64,000 nt of DNA from the human T2T-CHM13v2.0 reference genome, Homo sapiens: the NCBI RefSeq assembly GCF_009914755.1, contig NC_060946.1, one strand, 5' to 3'. Shown here in pieces: positions 28,369 through 47,604 of the stretch; the first letter of the stretch is position 1; every line of letters starts with the position of its first letter. The notes under the pieces are model-generated. The model was not told the DNA's origin, did not search any database, and saw nothing but the letters and a program-made list of their open reading frames with translations. The position numbers and the translations under genes were made by a program.

Positions 28369-30091
28369 TTTCCTCCCTCTGTAAATGGCAGGTCTAATTG
28401 ACATCTCCTCAGATGGACATTCCCCAAAAAGTCCCTCTAGATTCATCCTACCAGAGCCCCCTCCCTGGAAATCCTCCAGTTCAGCCCCCTCTTCATTTCA
28501 CTTACCATAATTGTAACCACTTTACTGATCTGTTTTCTGGTTAAGAGTGGTTTCTCCTACAAGGCTGTAAACACCATGGAGTGGGGAGTCTTTCTCATTT
28601 CTTGTCACCACTGGATTCCCAGGACTTGGTACATGGTGCTTAGTAGTTGCGGAATGAATGCGTGCATGAAGGAACACCGGCAGCCACGATGCAGCTGGTT
28701 GAAAGCCAAGGCTGCCCCTCTGTGGCCAAGCTGGAGAACTGCTGCTTCCCCAGCTGCCGCAGACAAAGAAACTGCTAAGCCCCTCCCACAACACCCACCT
28801 AGGAGGCTTCCCCCAACACCCTTCCTGGAACAGAACCCAAGAGCCCTCCTTGTCCACTTGGTCTCAAGGACCTCCTGATCTTCTCCATGCAAAATCTGCT
28901 CCTTTCCCCAGGATGGGGGTACGGAGTGTCCTTCCAAAGAGGCTTCCTTCTCCCCAAAGAAGCTGAGAGCAAGGAGCAGGCCACAGCTTGCAGCTCACAG
29001 CTGCCCAAGAGACAGAAATCTGTGTGGGCTGTGTGAATGACCTGGATAAAGAAGAGCTGGATCCATTGAGGAGACACTAGCCCTGACCCCTGAAGTCAAA
29101 GTCTAAGTCCCTGGGGGAATTGGGGTCATGAGAGATACTGGAAAGAGGCTTACAAAGGCCAGAGCTCTTGCTAAACTCCCTGAGGCAGTGCAGGTAGAAC
29201 CTGCCCCCCATACCATCCTCTGCCTCTCGGGTGCTCGGTTATCCCCAAAGGTGTACCTGGCCCATAGCAGGTGCTCCACAAATGCTATGCCAGTACTAGC
29301 GGGGTGCCCTGCTAGGGTACCCCTAGTACTGCTAGGGTATGCCCTGTTCTCGGAGGCTGAGACCCAGGAAGTAGGGGGCCAGCAAGGCCTGTTCCTTCCC
29401 TGGGATCCCATGTCTGGTTGTTACACCAGGCCTGAGTACCCCAAAGTCGTAAGATAAAAGAGAGGCACCTCCCTAAAACATCATTTTTCCATAATGAACA
29501 TAATTTTAAACATCTTCAAATTGGAATAAACCAAGGTATTATATAGGATGCACGTGATTTTTTTTTCAAGTTGTCCCAATATTCAAACATAGGATTTAAT
29601 ATAAAAAATAAAACCTTAGAGTGTTTCTTGGCTCTGGAAGGCCCCACCCTTCAGGGGACCTAGAGGGAAGAGGTCTGAGGATAGGCCAGTGAGCTCTCAG
29701 GGTCCCTTCCTGTTTAACATCTCTGGAAGTGTCCCAGCTCGTCTCAGCTGCACAAAGAGCAAATGTTCTATCCACATTTGAACTACAAGGTTTAAGCAGC
29801 TTGCCAGGGCCAAGGTGGTGTGACAAGGTCTCAGCATGTAAGACTCACAAGGGGGCACAATTCTGAGCAATGGGGTCTGGATCCTTGATGAGCCTCCCCA
29901 GGTGGACTGGCTGAACCTCATGGGGCCTCATCAATGCATTCAATGCAGGGTCTCTGGAGAAGCATGGATTCTGCTCACTGAGCCTGTTTCTCTGACCTGG
30001 GACAGGCCTTGACACCTAGGCCTCTCACTCTTTGCACATCCTGGGGAAGGAAATTAGGCAGGAGAAGGCCCCTCTTCGAGGGCTTCCTTAC

Positions 30092-30284
30092 CTCCCTCTT
30101 GAGTGGGGCCACGTATGCCCAGGAGTTGGTGGCAGGGTCGTAGCGCTCCACAGCATTCAGGTCATTGTGGTAGTCACGGCCCGCCACAGCGTAGATGTAC
30201 CTGCCTACAACACACACGGACAGGTCGGCGTGCTCCTGCTGCAGGGACTGGATCTGGAACCAGCGGTTGTGCCGTGGGTCATAC
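30092..30284 (-). CDS. KLHL22: KLHL22 exon 5 (kelch), 193 nt
   Basis: YDPRHNRW...VAPLKRE; CACAG acceptor, GAG|GTAAGG donor; cumulative 1305. Confidence 0.95.
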
Positions 30285-32608
30285 CTGTGCCGAGACATGA
30301 GGAAAGCACAGCACTGACTAGGCAGGGAGGCTGCTCCGCAGGCTTGCACCTCTTGTTCTGGTCCCATTTCTGCTTTGCCTCAGCCCAGCCTGAACCCTCC
30401 CCAACTACCCCACATACCAGTGCACACCGATCTACAGCCAGGCCCACAGGCTGTTACACACCTGAGCACAGGTGCTCCCCACCACACAGCATGGAAGGAA
30501 TGGCCAGGAGCCTCCTGTGTTTCCACCTAACTGTCCACCTGGGCTGTCCAATGGCTCTTTTTTTTTTTTTTTTTTTTTTGTGGAGAGAGGTCTCTCTGTC
30601 CCCTAGGCTGAAGTGCAGTGGCACAATCATGGCTCACTGTAGCCTCGACCTCCTGGGCTTAAGTGATCCTACCACCTCAGTCTCCTAAGTAGCTGGGACT
30701 ACAGGTGCGCACCACAACGCCAGCTATTTTTTTTTTTTTTTTTTTTTTTTTGATAGAGACAAGGTCTTGACACCTGGGATATGGACTTAGGCAATCCTCC
30801 TGCCTCAGCCTCAATGGCTGTTCGTACAGCCACTTCCATCTCACTTACCTCATCTCATCATCCACATAGCCTTGCTCCCACTCAGGAGGGCCTCCAAATA
30901 CAGCCTCTCCACTGGATGGGTGCCATCAGCCCCCTCATTGGCCTCCAAGCCTTGAACTTCCCCCAGCACTCCATCAGGAGTGGTCTTCTCAGGCACGCCC
31001 TGCACACAGCACCCATCATACCCTCAGCTTTGTCAACAGCCGCACACACAAGGCTCTGGTCATCGTACTTTCACCTCCTCCCACCATGCTGCCAGCCCCG
31101 CGTTTCCTGACCTCCCCTCCACTCAAGGTCTCCCTCTCTGGGAAAGTGGAAAGGGTTAACTCCCACCCTGGACTGCAGGCTCTGTAAGGGCAGGGTGTGT
31201 GAGATTCCAGGGACCCCCATGGGAGAAAAGGCACTAGACTGGCTGCGGCAGGCCCACGAGGGTGGAGGAGTCTGGCCAGGACCCAAGGAGGGCTCCTGGG
31301 CTGAGCACCAACAGGGAGCATGGCCTGCAATGTGGAGCAGAGATGATCACAGAGCCATGAGGGGCCAGGACCCAGTGAGCTCAAAGCCAGTATCTGAAGT
31401 GTCCTTGCCCAACAGCCCACAGATAGTTACAGCCTCTTTCAGACAAGTGTTTTTATTTCTGCAGAGGAAGACCTATTCCAAAGAGAACAAGTCTAACTTC
31501 AACTGGCTCACAAGAGAGTAACCAAAGTTTTCTTTGGCCTGTGCCCTATGCTGGTTAGTGAAAAGATCAGTTTCATCCTTTGCTTCCTGCAGCCCCTGCA
31601 GTGTGGCCAGCCCCTCCCCGCCGCCTACCAGGAATGCAGCAAACAGGAGCCTCAGAAGGCAGGGCCAACAAGAGAGGGAACACACACCTGGGTCTCCCTG
31701 ACCTGGTGTGAATCCTGGGCTCTTCCCTGTCTAGCTGGGTGTGCCTGGGCATCAGTTTTAATCTCTTGGGATTCGCTCAGTTCTGCACCTGTCCAATGAG
31801 GTGATATCACCTGCCTAGAAAAGCTATCAAGAAGAATCATAAAAGACGAGCATGAAAAGTGTCCTTGTTAACTTGGGGGTTCTGATGGATCATGGTTCAT
31901 TTCTATATTCCTAGACCTCAGTGTAGCCTCTGGCTCAGGACAGATTATGTTCTGTCTGCTGAATGAATTAAACAAAGGAGTAAGATTACCAGCAATGAAT
32001 CATTCATTCACTCTACCAACATTCCCAGGTCTCCCACTGTGGATGGGGCACAGTGCTCAGCACTACATCCAGAGGGAGCCTCAAGAGGTCAGGGCCCTGC
32101 CTTCCCCTGCAGAATGGAAACAGGCTAACCAGAGCAAATGAGTGCTTAATATAATGACAGACACTGTGAAAGAAAGAAAGGGAGGTAAGAAGATGAGTGA
32201 CCTGCTGGTCAGCGGGGCCTGGGGAGGGCAGAGCTCCCTTGCAGTGATCAGGAAAGGCCTCCTGAGAAGGCAGGGTCTGAGACCTGCATGACCTGGGGCA
32301 CAAGCCAGAAGAAGGTCTGGCAGGGGACCAGCAGTCCAGGATTGGGGCACAGCACTCACAGGGGCCCCGTCAACTGGCTGGGATGGTGCTGTTCACTGCC
32401 TTTCCTGTGCGCCTTCCTCCTTTATATACAAGTCTCTCCTCTCTTGTGTTCAGTCTGGCTCAATCACCATCTGCACCCCAAGTGTCTGCAACCAGAGTGA
32501 GATAGGACCCTCCATGTGCTCCTGTTTGCTCCTTCGAGTCTATTGTCCTCACAGCTTTTTAAGCTGAGTTCATGTGGATTTGTGGCTTCAAATTTAAAGA
32601 CACACACA

Positions 32609-34940
<2,332 letters not shown>

Positions 34941-37138
34941 AAATTATTATTTTAAGTAGGGTCAGGGCACATAGCAACATGTAACCAGCTACTACTAGGT
35001 ATACCATGTAGTTGGTGTTCAGTAATCCACAGGGCTATGGCTATGGGAAAGGTACAAGGAATGATGCAGATAATATAGATGCAAAGAAAGAAGGAATGAA
35101 AGAGAAAAAGTAGTATATTGGAGACAAACACCATTTGCTCCAAGAGAGGAAAGGTTTTTAAATATGCGGTTTCTGCACCAATGCTTTAAGATATAACCTG
35201 GTAAGTAATAACTCCTCAAAATGCAAAGCCTAATTTACTGCAAAATCTTGTTTCCTTATATTCTAAAAGCCTATAGCTTTTAGAATTCACCAGTTCTAAG
35301 GCTGATGAAATGAGAAAGCAGAGAAAGAACCAAATCTTAGAATATTCAAATTAAGGATTCATCTGGAAGTTTTGAGTCCACTGGAAGGTTAATGATGCCT
35401 TCATTCTGGAGAGATGATACATCCCTGGGTTAACCAGTAGGGCTGTGGTCCTTCCTGCCACCTCCACTCTGTGGATACCTACTCTCTCAAGGCAGGTCTT
35501 GCCGACCCCACTTGCCATTGTGATCCTACTCTCAGACAGGAGTTTGGGACTGGTTATTGGTTACAGGGTCTAATATTAGCATTACCCAGAGTTCAGCTTT
35601 GGTCTCACACCCCTTCACAAGGGGAAATTCAGACTCCTACTTTAAGTGAAAGTGAGATCAATGGCCCATAGCAGGTGGACAGAGGACAGGGGCAGGCAGA
35701 ATCCCAAGCTGTCACCCCCCTAGGGACAGCTCTGTGGAAACATCCAGCATTACTGCCAAGCACACAGCTGTCTCTACCTTCTGCTAAGGGCCAGAAGCCA
35801 AAACACTCTGGAGAGATTGGCTTTGCAGGTCTGTAGGTTACTCTCAGCAGGGTGGTCTGGCCTTGGCCCCCCAACTGGGAAACCGAGCCCCCTAAAAAAG
35901 AAGGTTTAAGGTTTGGCCAAAGGGAAGTCTAAACCTAGTGTGGCCACACCCACTGGGGGCACAACTTTGTTTAGAGAGGAAATGAAGGTAGCTGTTTCCT
36001 TTTTTCTGAAACCTGCCCTTCCTCATATTTAACCACAATGTGTTATTGCCAACCTCTGAGTCTCATCAGCTTAACAAAGGAGATCACTTCCTGGGGCCAG
36101 CAGTAGAGAGGTCGCTGAGAAATGGCCTTCTCCTCCTTGGCCAGGATCACTATGCTTGATTCCAAGTGGCATGGCCAGGCCAGGCCCTACCCCACCCTGA
36201 CCCCAGAAAATAGAAACATGAACATGAACTCAGTCAGCATCTAGCTCATGGCTGCTGGAAATAGTTGGCAATCTCTCTCTCTCCAACACAGCTCCATCTT
36301 TCAGCATGAAGGGTAGGGAGATTTCTCACATGCACCAAGGTAAGGTGGAGGGGTCCCTGGAAATCTAATGGTAGCTGAGTCTTGTGGGCCTGAACCACTG
36401 TCCCTTGCTCTGCCCAGAAATGGATTTGTGAGATCACAGCCTAAGTGACTGATGGAGCCAGGCGCATCCTACGGACCACAGCAGTCCACAAAACTCTCTC
36501 GGGAAAACTGCCTCTTCCCAGGGGAAATTGTGCCAAGTGCGTGGCAGACTGCAGGGCAGAGCGGAAATGTAGCATGAGGCTCGGTGATGCTTGTTGGCCT
36601 TTACCACGCCCCTGGGCTGAAGACCGCATGCTGCTCAGGCACAGCAGCAGGAAGCCTGTTCCACCATTAGCAAGCAGGTAAGAGAGAAGAGCAAAGCTGA
36701 CTGGTGAAGGGAAACTGAAACAACATGCATCAAAGCTCAGAGAGAGCATGATGGAGGGCGAGGCTGCTCAGCTGGCACTGCTCCTAGGTCCTCTCCATCC
36801 CAGTCCGACTGCCTTTCCTGCTGTGGGCTCCTCTCCCCTCCCGTCTCCTCCTGCACAATGCACTCGCAACCTAGCCTACCCCAAAGAGGCTGAGCAAGGG
36901 TCCAGGGTAAGTGGGTTTCTGAGGAGTAGGGGACATGCAGGAAAGAAGGCGATCCACATGTCCCCTTCTCTTATCTCACTGCTGTCCACCTTCTCTGAAT
37001 TCACCTAGACTTCATTCCACAATGGCAAGTGATGCTCATGTGAAAGGCTGGGGGGAACCTGACCAGCTCTCTCAGCCCATGACTTCCACACCCTCTCATC
37101 ACCTGAAGACAAAGGGACCAGCTAGCACCCTGTCCTAC

Positions 37139-37857
37139 CTCCAGCATCGGGACTCTGCTCGAAATCCTTGGACATTGTTGTCCCCTCCAATCAAGTATAC
37201 GAAGTTGTTGAGCACCGCGATGCCCTGGTTGGACATGCGGGGGGCCAGGGAGGCAGTGAAGTGCTTCCACTCTCCCAGTAAGGGGTTTAGATACTTGGCC
37301 TGGTCGCTGAGGACAGTGGACGGCGTGGAGTGAATGCCCCCGAAGCCCACAACGCACTGGAAGTCCGACCGCAGCTCCGTTTGCGGGCTCTGCAGGCTGG
37401 GCTGTAGGCTCTCGTTCCGGTGGTACATGAGGGCGCTGGCCACTGTGTCCCTCAAAGGGCTGGGGTCCAGCTTGTCATGCAGCCGCTGCAGGACCTCAGC
37501 TTCCATCAGCGGAAACCGCACTGTCTCAAGGAGCTTTGGGGGCTCGTGCAGCGAGATCTGGTCAGCCTGCACCTGCTCCAGGCTATAATGGTAGAGAAGG
37601 GCCCCCTCATATACCTCGGTCTCGCAGGAGACCTCCAGGCGATTGCTGCTGAGGAGGGAGTAGACCTTCTCCAATGGAAGCTGGCGGTACTTGTCAGTCC
37701 GAGAGAAGGCCACAAAGTTTTTGAGGATATAGGTGTCCAGTTGCTCAGTCAGGCGGCTCAAGTCAAACAGCTCTGCCAGCCGGTAGACATCGAGAATGTT
37801 CTCTTCGTCCACCCAGGACATGAGGAAATCACAGCAGAAATGGATAATTTCTGGGAT
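37139..37857 (-). CDS. KLHL22: KLHL22 exon 4 (BACK domain plus first kelch repeats), 719 nt
   Basis: IPEIIHFCCDF...ESRCWR; CTGCAG acceptor, GTAGGA donor; cumulative 1112. Confidence 0.96.
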
Positions 37858-38322
37858 CTGCAGAGAGAATGACACCCATTCAAGCCTGGGCTGGTGAACA
37901 GCATCTGGGGGTGGGAGAGAGAATGATGGCAGAAATACGGGCTGTTGTGGGCCAGGCAAAGCAGAAGGGAAGTCCTCCTTAATTGTCCCCGACCTTTTCT
38001 GACACACTGGAGACTGGGGCTTACTGCAGACTAGGTTTAAGTCCTGGTTTGGAAACATACTGGGTGACAGGATATACAGCATGTTTTTTTTTGGTTTTGT
38101 TTTGCTTTTCTTTGAGACAAAGTTTTGCTCTTGTTGCCCAGAATGGAGTGCAGTGGCAGAATCTCGGCTCACTAACACCTCCCCCTCCCGGGTTGAAATG
38201 ATTCTCCTGCCTCAGCCTCCCGTACAGAATGTTTTTAACCTCTCTAAGCCTCAGTCTCCTCATCTATAAAACGGGGATCATTAAAGTGAAGAGGAACATG
38301 ATGAAAATGAGAGAGCACATAG

Positions 38323-38719
<397 letters not shown>

Positions 38720-39329
38720 TCACTGTGTCATATATCTGTGGTTTGGAAAGGACCTAAGACCATCCCCATCCCTACCCTAGGATTCTCTGGAAGAGCCTGC
38801 CTCTCCAAAAGCGCTGGGACCAGAAACAAACCTGGCTTTTTCCCCCGCCAGAACATCCACCCTGGTTCCCTAGAAGTGCTCAGAGCCTCTCAGACACCTA
38901 ACCAATACCCACCCAGGAACCTGATTTAGAATTATTTTTCTTTTTTCTTTTTAAAATTTGAGACAGGGTCTTGCTCTGTTGCCCAGGCTGCAGTGCCATG
39001 GCAAGATCATAGCTCACCGAAGTCTCAAGCTTCTGGGCTCAAGTGATCCCTGACTCAGGGTTCTTGAGGTTCCCAGCTGGGTCAAGACCCACTTGACTCC
39101 AGTAAGTGCAGGGGCTCCCAGGTGGCCATATCAACCCTTCCCAGCCATGGGGAAGCACTAGTGGTTTGAAAGGACGGCAAGAGAGAGAATGACACTGGAG
39201 GGAGGTGGGAACAAGGCCACAACCAGCAGGCTGTTAAAGGCCACCCTGTGAACAGACAACCAAATCTTGGGAGAATAGGAGACAAAGGGAAGGGCCCTAG
39301 GGAAAACTGCCTGGGAGAACAAACCAGGT

Positions 39330-40143
<814 letters not shown>

Positions 40144-42328
40144 TAGCCAGGATGGTCTCGATCTCCTGACCTCGTGATCTGCCCGCCTAGGCCTCCCAAA
40201 GTGCTGGGATTACAGGCGTGAGCCACGGCGCCCGGCCAAGGTATTTAAAGCTTATCAATAAACACTAACTATAACTTTTTTAAAATTCAAAAGACATCTA
40301 ATATTGCTTGCAAGGTGACATGCTAAGAGCTGGATGAGACCTACCAAATGTCAGGCAGGTATGTGCCCTACATGAGGTAGGTATCCCCATGGTGCTTTGC
40401 TAGGCCCTGACCAGCTTCACTTGACCTTCTTTTTTCCCTTTTTGCCAGTCTTCTGCTTTGCCACTTCTTCCCAAACTACTAGGTTTTCCTAAAATTCTGG
40501 TTTGTCATGGGCCAGGGTCCTGAAGACCAAGTTTTGGGCAGAATGTGAGCACAAACAGCCCTGAAGAAGCCTGGGCAGCAGCAGCTCCTTGAGAGGACCC
40601 TGCTGACTCTCCTTTCAGTCCTATTTTTAGAGCAGTGGGCCTTCTGTTCAGTGAAATCTCACAGAGGAACCAGCCTGGGCTCAGGATGTGCAAAAGCCCC
40701 ATACGAGGCTCACAGAAGGGACTGCATTTGCTTGGGGTAACCCAATAGGACAGTGTTACTGGGAATCAGACTCAGGCCTCTGGGGACACCGTGAAGAATC
40801 TGGTCCCAGGCCTACTGCAGGGCACAACACATGGGGGAAGCCTCCAAAAGTCACTAGCTATGTGAACATACATGATCCTACAGGCCTATGGACTTGACAT
40901 GGTTATGCCAAGTAAAACCTGCTATAAAACAATATTGTGAAGAAGCCTGTTTTTTTTTGTTTGTTTGTTTTTTGTTTTGAGATAAGCTGGCATGTAGTGG
41001 TGTGGTGATCACAGCTTACTGAAGCCTCCACCTCCTGGGCTCAAGTGATTCTCCCACCTCAGCCTCCCGAGTAGCTGGAACTACAGGTGCATGCCACCAT
41101 GCCCGGCTATTTTTAAAGTGCTTCTGTAGAGGTCTCGCTTTGTTGCCCAGGCTGATCTCAAACTCCTGGCCTCAAGCAATCCTCTCACCTTGGCCTCCAA
41201 AAGTGCTGGGATTACAGGCATGAACCTCCAAGCCTGGCCCAGAAGCCTGATATGTTAAAAAACTAAGATAGGCTGCTGCCTCTGAGATGACCTCTGAGGC
41301 ACTGGGGGAGATGACCCAGGGCTGTCGGGAGCACTGGCCAAACCAACAGAGAGAGACTGCAGGCCTCCAAGCTGACTGGTGAGAGAGGGAAAGTGATGTT
41401 AGAAAGATGATCTGGTTTCAGTGTGTGTGATCACTGCAGGGAGAAGAAAGAAATGGCAGAAACATACAGATGGAGGCCAGGCAAAAGGGAAGGAAATGGA
41501 AACACAGAACAGAGATGGCTACAAGCAATACCGAGAAGGATGACCTGTCCTCACATGGACGCAGGGAATTAAGAAGGTGGACGGGCTCAAGGAGCCACTG
41601 AGGTTGAGCCCAGGGAACTGGCAGGATGGTCACAGGACACACAGAGCAGGGGGACTGACAGGGGAGCTCCGGGAGAGTGGCAGGTGTGGAGGAGGAGATA
41701 GGACAGCTGGACCTGAGCCATGCTGGGGGAGATGTTTCAGAGGCAGCTGAATCAGGAGTTAACTGCTGCCAGGGTGGAGAATTGGATGAGGGTTCCCAAA
41801 GCAACAATGACAGGGATGTGGGGACAGAAGAGATCTCTAAATAAAAGAACAGGGGGAAATTCTTTTGTTGTAAAAGCCAACTCCATCTACTCACCATGCA
41901 GGTATGGTGAGACAAGTCAGTCATCTCAGATCAACCCACCCAGCATCCAGGTCCTATCCACCAATCTGAGAACAGGGCACAGGGAGGCTGCCAGGGCCCT
42001 GTCACATGGGGTGGCACCTCCACATGCCCCCGAACAGGTTGGTTTTCCTGTGACTTGAGTTGTTTTTTTTTTAATTGCGTCAAACCTGCTCTCATGGGAA
42101 GAAAGGTCAGAATGATGAACTTAGCATAGCATTTTGTTTCACTTTTAAGAAATGTGGGAAGAGGTGACTGTCAACTCCTATCAGGCCTCTGCCTGATAGC
42201 TCAAAGGCACCTGCAGGCCCAGTCCCGTGTAACTGCACCCACACCACTGAGAATAATCATCCAAAACATAAGTCACACTGTCAAAGCCTCAGAAAACTTT
42301 TTGAATTCTGCAGGAAAACAAGTACTTA

Positions 42329-42484
<156 letters not shown>

Positions 42485-42820
42485 TCAGCTAGGCACAATG
42501 GCACGCATCTTTAGTCCCAGCTACTCAGAAGGCTGAGGCGGGAGGACCACTTGAGCCTAGGAGGTGGAGGCTACAGTGAACTATGATCATGCCATTGCAT
42601 TACAGCCTGGGTAACAGAGTGAGACCCTGTCTTTAAAAAAAAAAAAAAAAATAGGCCAGGCGCAGTGGCTCACACCTGTAATCGCAACACTTTGGAAGGC
42701 TGAGGTGGATCACTTGAGGCCAGGGGTTCAAGACTAGCCTAAGCAACAAAGCAAGCCTCTATCTCTATAAAAATAATTTAAAAATTAGCCAGGTGTAGTG
42801 GCACATGCCTATAGGTCCTA

Positions 42821-43204
<384 letters not shown>

Positions 43205-43643
43205 TCAGTAACAAAACACATAAGTTTTCAAGAGACTGAAGTGGCCCAGTGAGGGGACAGGCAGGAAGGGCCCTGGCAGCAATGCTGGTGGATGCTCCCC
43301 ATTGCCAGACCCCAGAGCACACAGGACGTCCACATGCAGCCTCGGGTCAGCCTACCTGCTTATGTGCAGGATGCTTTCAATGACAGGGAGACTCAGACAG
43401 TGGGGAAACAACCAGCAATAGAGAAGAGGGCAAAGGCAGAGGCCTGGGGTGTCTAGAGCGGCTCTGCTTGAGCTCCAGGAACAACTCCAGAGTCTTCCCC
43501 ACTTCATGGCCTTCGTCACTGCTTGGTCTCCTCACATTCCTGACCCATCTTCAAGCCAATGCTAGTGCCCGGCAGGCATCATGGGCATCTCAGGGAACCC
43601 CACCTGGGTGTGGGTCTGCCTTGCTAGATGAGACATGCCTCAC

Positions 43644-43809
43644 CTGAAGCTGGCAGGCAGCCACCAGTGTCTCTTGTACATTGCTCAGGCTGAGCTCCAG
43701 CTCGGAGGTGTATATGAAATGTAGGATTTGGCACATAGCATTGTAGGACACACCGTGGATCAGGACCTCTTCCTGTTCCATCTCCTTCAATCCCCCAGCA
43801 AACATTCCT
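43644..43809 (-). CDS. KLHL22: KLHL22 coding exon (exon 3, BTB C-half GMFAGGLKE...AACQLQ), 166 nt
   Basis: TTTGCAG acceptor, CAG|GTGAGG donor; cumulative 393 nt. Confidence 0.95.
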
Positions 43810-44326
43810 CTGCAAAGTGAAGACACAAGAAAATGGAGTTATACCAACAGGGACTTAAGCCCATGTTGCCAAGAGTGACAGCATTCAGAGAAGAACCTGG
43901 CGCTGGTGGCAGGGCCCTGGTAGTGGGCTGACCCACTCTGTGCTCTGAGTGAACTGTGTGCATGCATGAGCCATCCCACAAAAGGATCCTGACGAAGTCT
44001 GGGCAGCCATCCTGGAAATTGTCCTGTTTCCCTTTTCATGGGCCCAAGGAGTCCCATGTGAGCTTCGGGAGGTGAGGCCACAAGCAGCTTGCTTCTGCTG
44101 TGTTCATCAGTGCAGTTCCTGGATCGGAGCAGTAGCAACTCCAGAGCACATTTCAAAGCAATGAATTAATTAATGGGAAACTAATAAAAGTCATTTCATT
44201 CAATGTATATTTATGGAGTTCCTACCAAATGCCAAGTATCATTCAAAGAGCAGAAGGAGGCCAGGCACGGTGACTCACACCTGTAATCCCAGCACTTTGG
44301 GAGGCCAAGGCAGGCAAATCACTTCA

Positions 44327-44536
<210 letters not shown>

Positions 44537-44694
44537 TCAAAAAGCAAAACAAAACAAAAAACAAAGAGCAAAAGGAGTTATAGTGAAGTAAACTGGTAAA
44601 ATAGCTGGGCGCGGTGGCTCACGCCTCTAATCCCAACCCTCTGGGAGGCCAAGGCAGGCAGATCCCTTGAGCCTAGGAGTTCAAGACCAGCCTA

Positions 44695-45049
<355 letters not shown>

Positions 45050-46030
45050 CTAAGAAGGAACCCAGCAGGGCATCTGACCTGAGAGTCACTGGTTAGAAGA
45101 GGGGTAGGTGGAATGATGAGAAGGAGCAGGGAAAGCCCCATCTGAGGAACTGAGACCTAAGGATAAGGCTGAGAGGGTGTAGGCAGCCGGGGAGGGAGTT
45201 CCAGGTGAAGGAGACAGGTGTACAAGTTCTGGGGCAAGGCAGAGCTTGGCATGCAAGGCAGCCAAGATGACGACGAAGTGAGCAGAAAGTGGGATGGGCA
45301 GGCAGGCCTTGGAGCCAGGTCCCCCTACCTCTAGGGTAGGTACAGTCCAGATTGAAATCTGAGCATTATGGGATGCTCTTGAGGAATTTACCCACAGAGT
45401 GATGTGAACTGACTGGCTTTCCGACTCAGGTGCTGGAGGAGGAGCCCCTGGAAGACCAATTAGGCCTGAGATTCCTGTGGGCCTGGAGGCCAAGGGTGAC
45501 CCTGGCCCTGGGGAGGGCATTGCAGCTAGAAAGCAGTAGCTGAGACTACCCTGGGACACGGCACAGAGAACCTACTGACAGACTGAATCTAGGAGGACCT
45601 GGGAGGACTCAAGGCCCTCTGCTGGGCCGAAGAGGACCCTTTACTGATGGAAGAAAATCTGGACAGCTGGGAGTCCCGTGATTGTGTGATCAGTGTGAGA
45701 TACCTGTGAAACCTCCAAGTGTAGACACTGATTAGGTGTTTGGAGGTAAGAGGCTGGCAACTGGGGCTGAAGTTTAAATATGACAGCAACATGAAGATTA
45801 TAAGAGAAGCTATTTTTACATTTTATTTATTTTTTTGACTAGGTAATACATATACATGCTACCAGATTTAAAATACAGTATAGGTTAGGCCGGGCACAGT
45901 GGCTCACGCCTGTAATCCCAGGACTTTGGGAGGCCGAGGCAGGCCGATCATCTGAGGTTGGGAGTTCGACACCAGCCTGACCAACATGGAGAAACCCCAT
46001 CTCTACCAAAAATACAAAATTAGCTGGTCA

Positions 46031-46165
<135 letters not shown>

Positions 46166-46203
46166 TCACACACACAAAAAAAATACAGTATAGGTTGTGG
46201 TGA

Positions 46204-46497
<294 letters not shown>

Positions 46498-46531
46498 TAG
46501 CCAGAATGGTCTTGATCTCCTGACCTCGTGA

Positions 46532-47000
<469 letters not shown>

Positions 47001-47497
47001 TAACCCATTTCTACAGGGGTATATTTAGGTTACTTGTAATTTCCAGTTATTTCACATGATGAACATCCTCACCCTTACAACATGCTGAGTATGCATATGC
47101 CAGGATTAAGTCCCACAAATACAGTTGCTGGGTCGAAGGGTTTACATACATTTATACTTTGATAGTATTGTCAAGTTGCTGTTTTTATATCATTCCTGAT
47201 AGCAGGGCCTGGTGCCTGCACCCTCTACCCCCAACCCAGGAAGACACCAGCTCTAACTCACCACCACAAAAGGGAAAAACCTTATCACATAAGGTACAGA
47301 AAATCTCCTTATATGTTAAAGAGCCATTTCCATTTTCTTTTCTGAACAGTTCAGATTCTTAGTCAGTTTTCTGTTAGACTGTCTTATCAATTTGAAGAAA
47401 TCTGCCCTTTCTTTGATGAGGAGTTTCCCCGATCTTTTGATTTTGTATTGCTTTTTTGCCATGCAGAAATTTGTCTTTTTTTTTTTTTTTTTTAAAC

Positions 47498-47604
47498 AAG
47501 TCTAGTCAACTGCAGTAGTGAGAAGGTGAAAAAGTAGAACCTGGAGTTGGATCTGTGACTGTGAACAATCAACTGAGGTAACTCACACTACCTTCGGACC
47601 AACC
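47498..47604 (-). pseudogene. Y1 RNA (RNY1) pseudogene with A-tail (probably RNY1P9)
   Basis: Reverse complement reads GGTTGGTCCGAAGGTAGTGTGAGTTACCTCAGTTGATTGTTCACAGTC...CTCACTACTGCAGTTGACTAG, followed by poly-A (47476-47493). Confidence 0.9.

Noticed and set aside
31016-31420. 134-aa intronic ORF on the KLHL22 strand
   Set aside because: No domain signature, splice context or promoter evidence; length is attainable by chance
37858-38178. N-terminal extension of the 347-aa ORF
   Set aside because: Intron and Alu sequence upstream of the true acceptor at 37857
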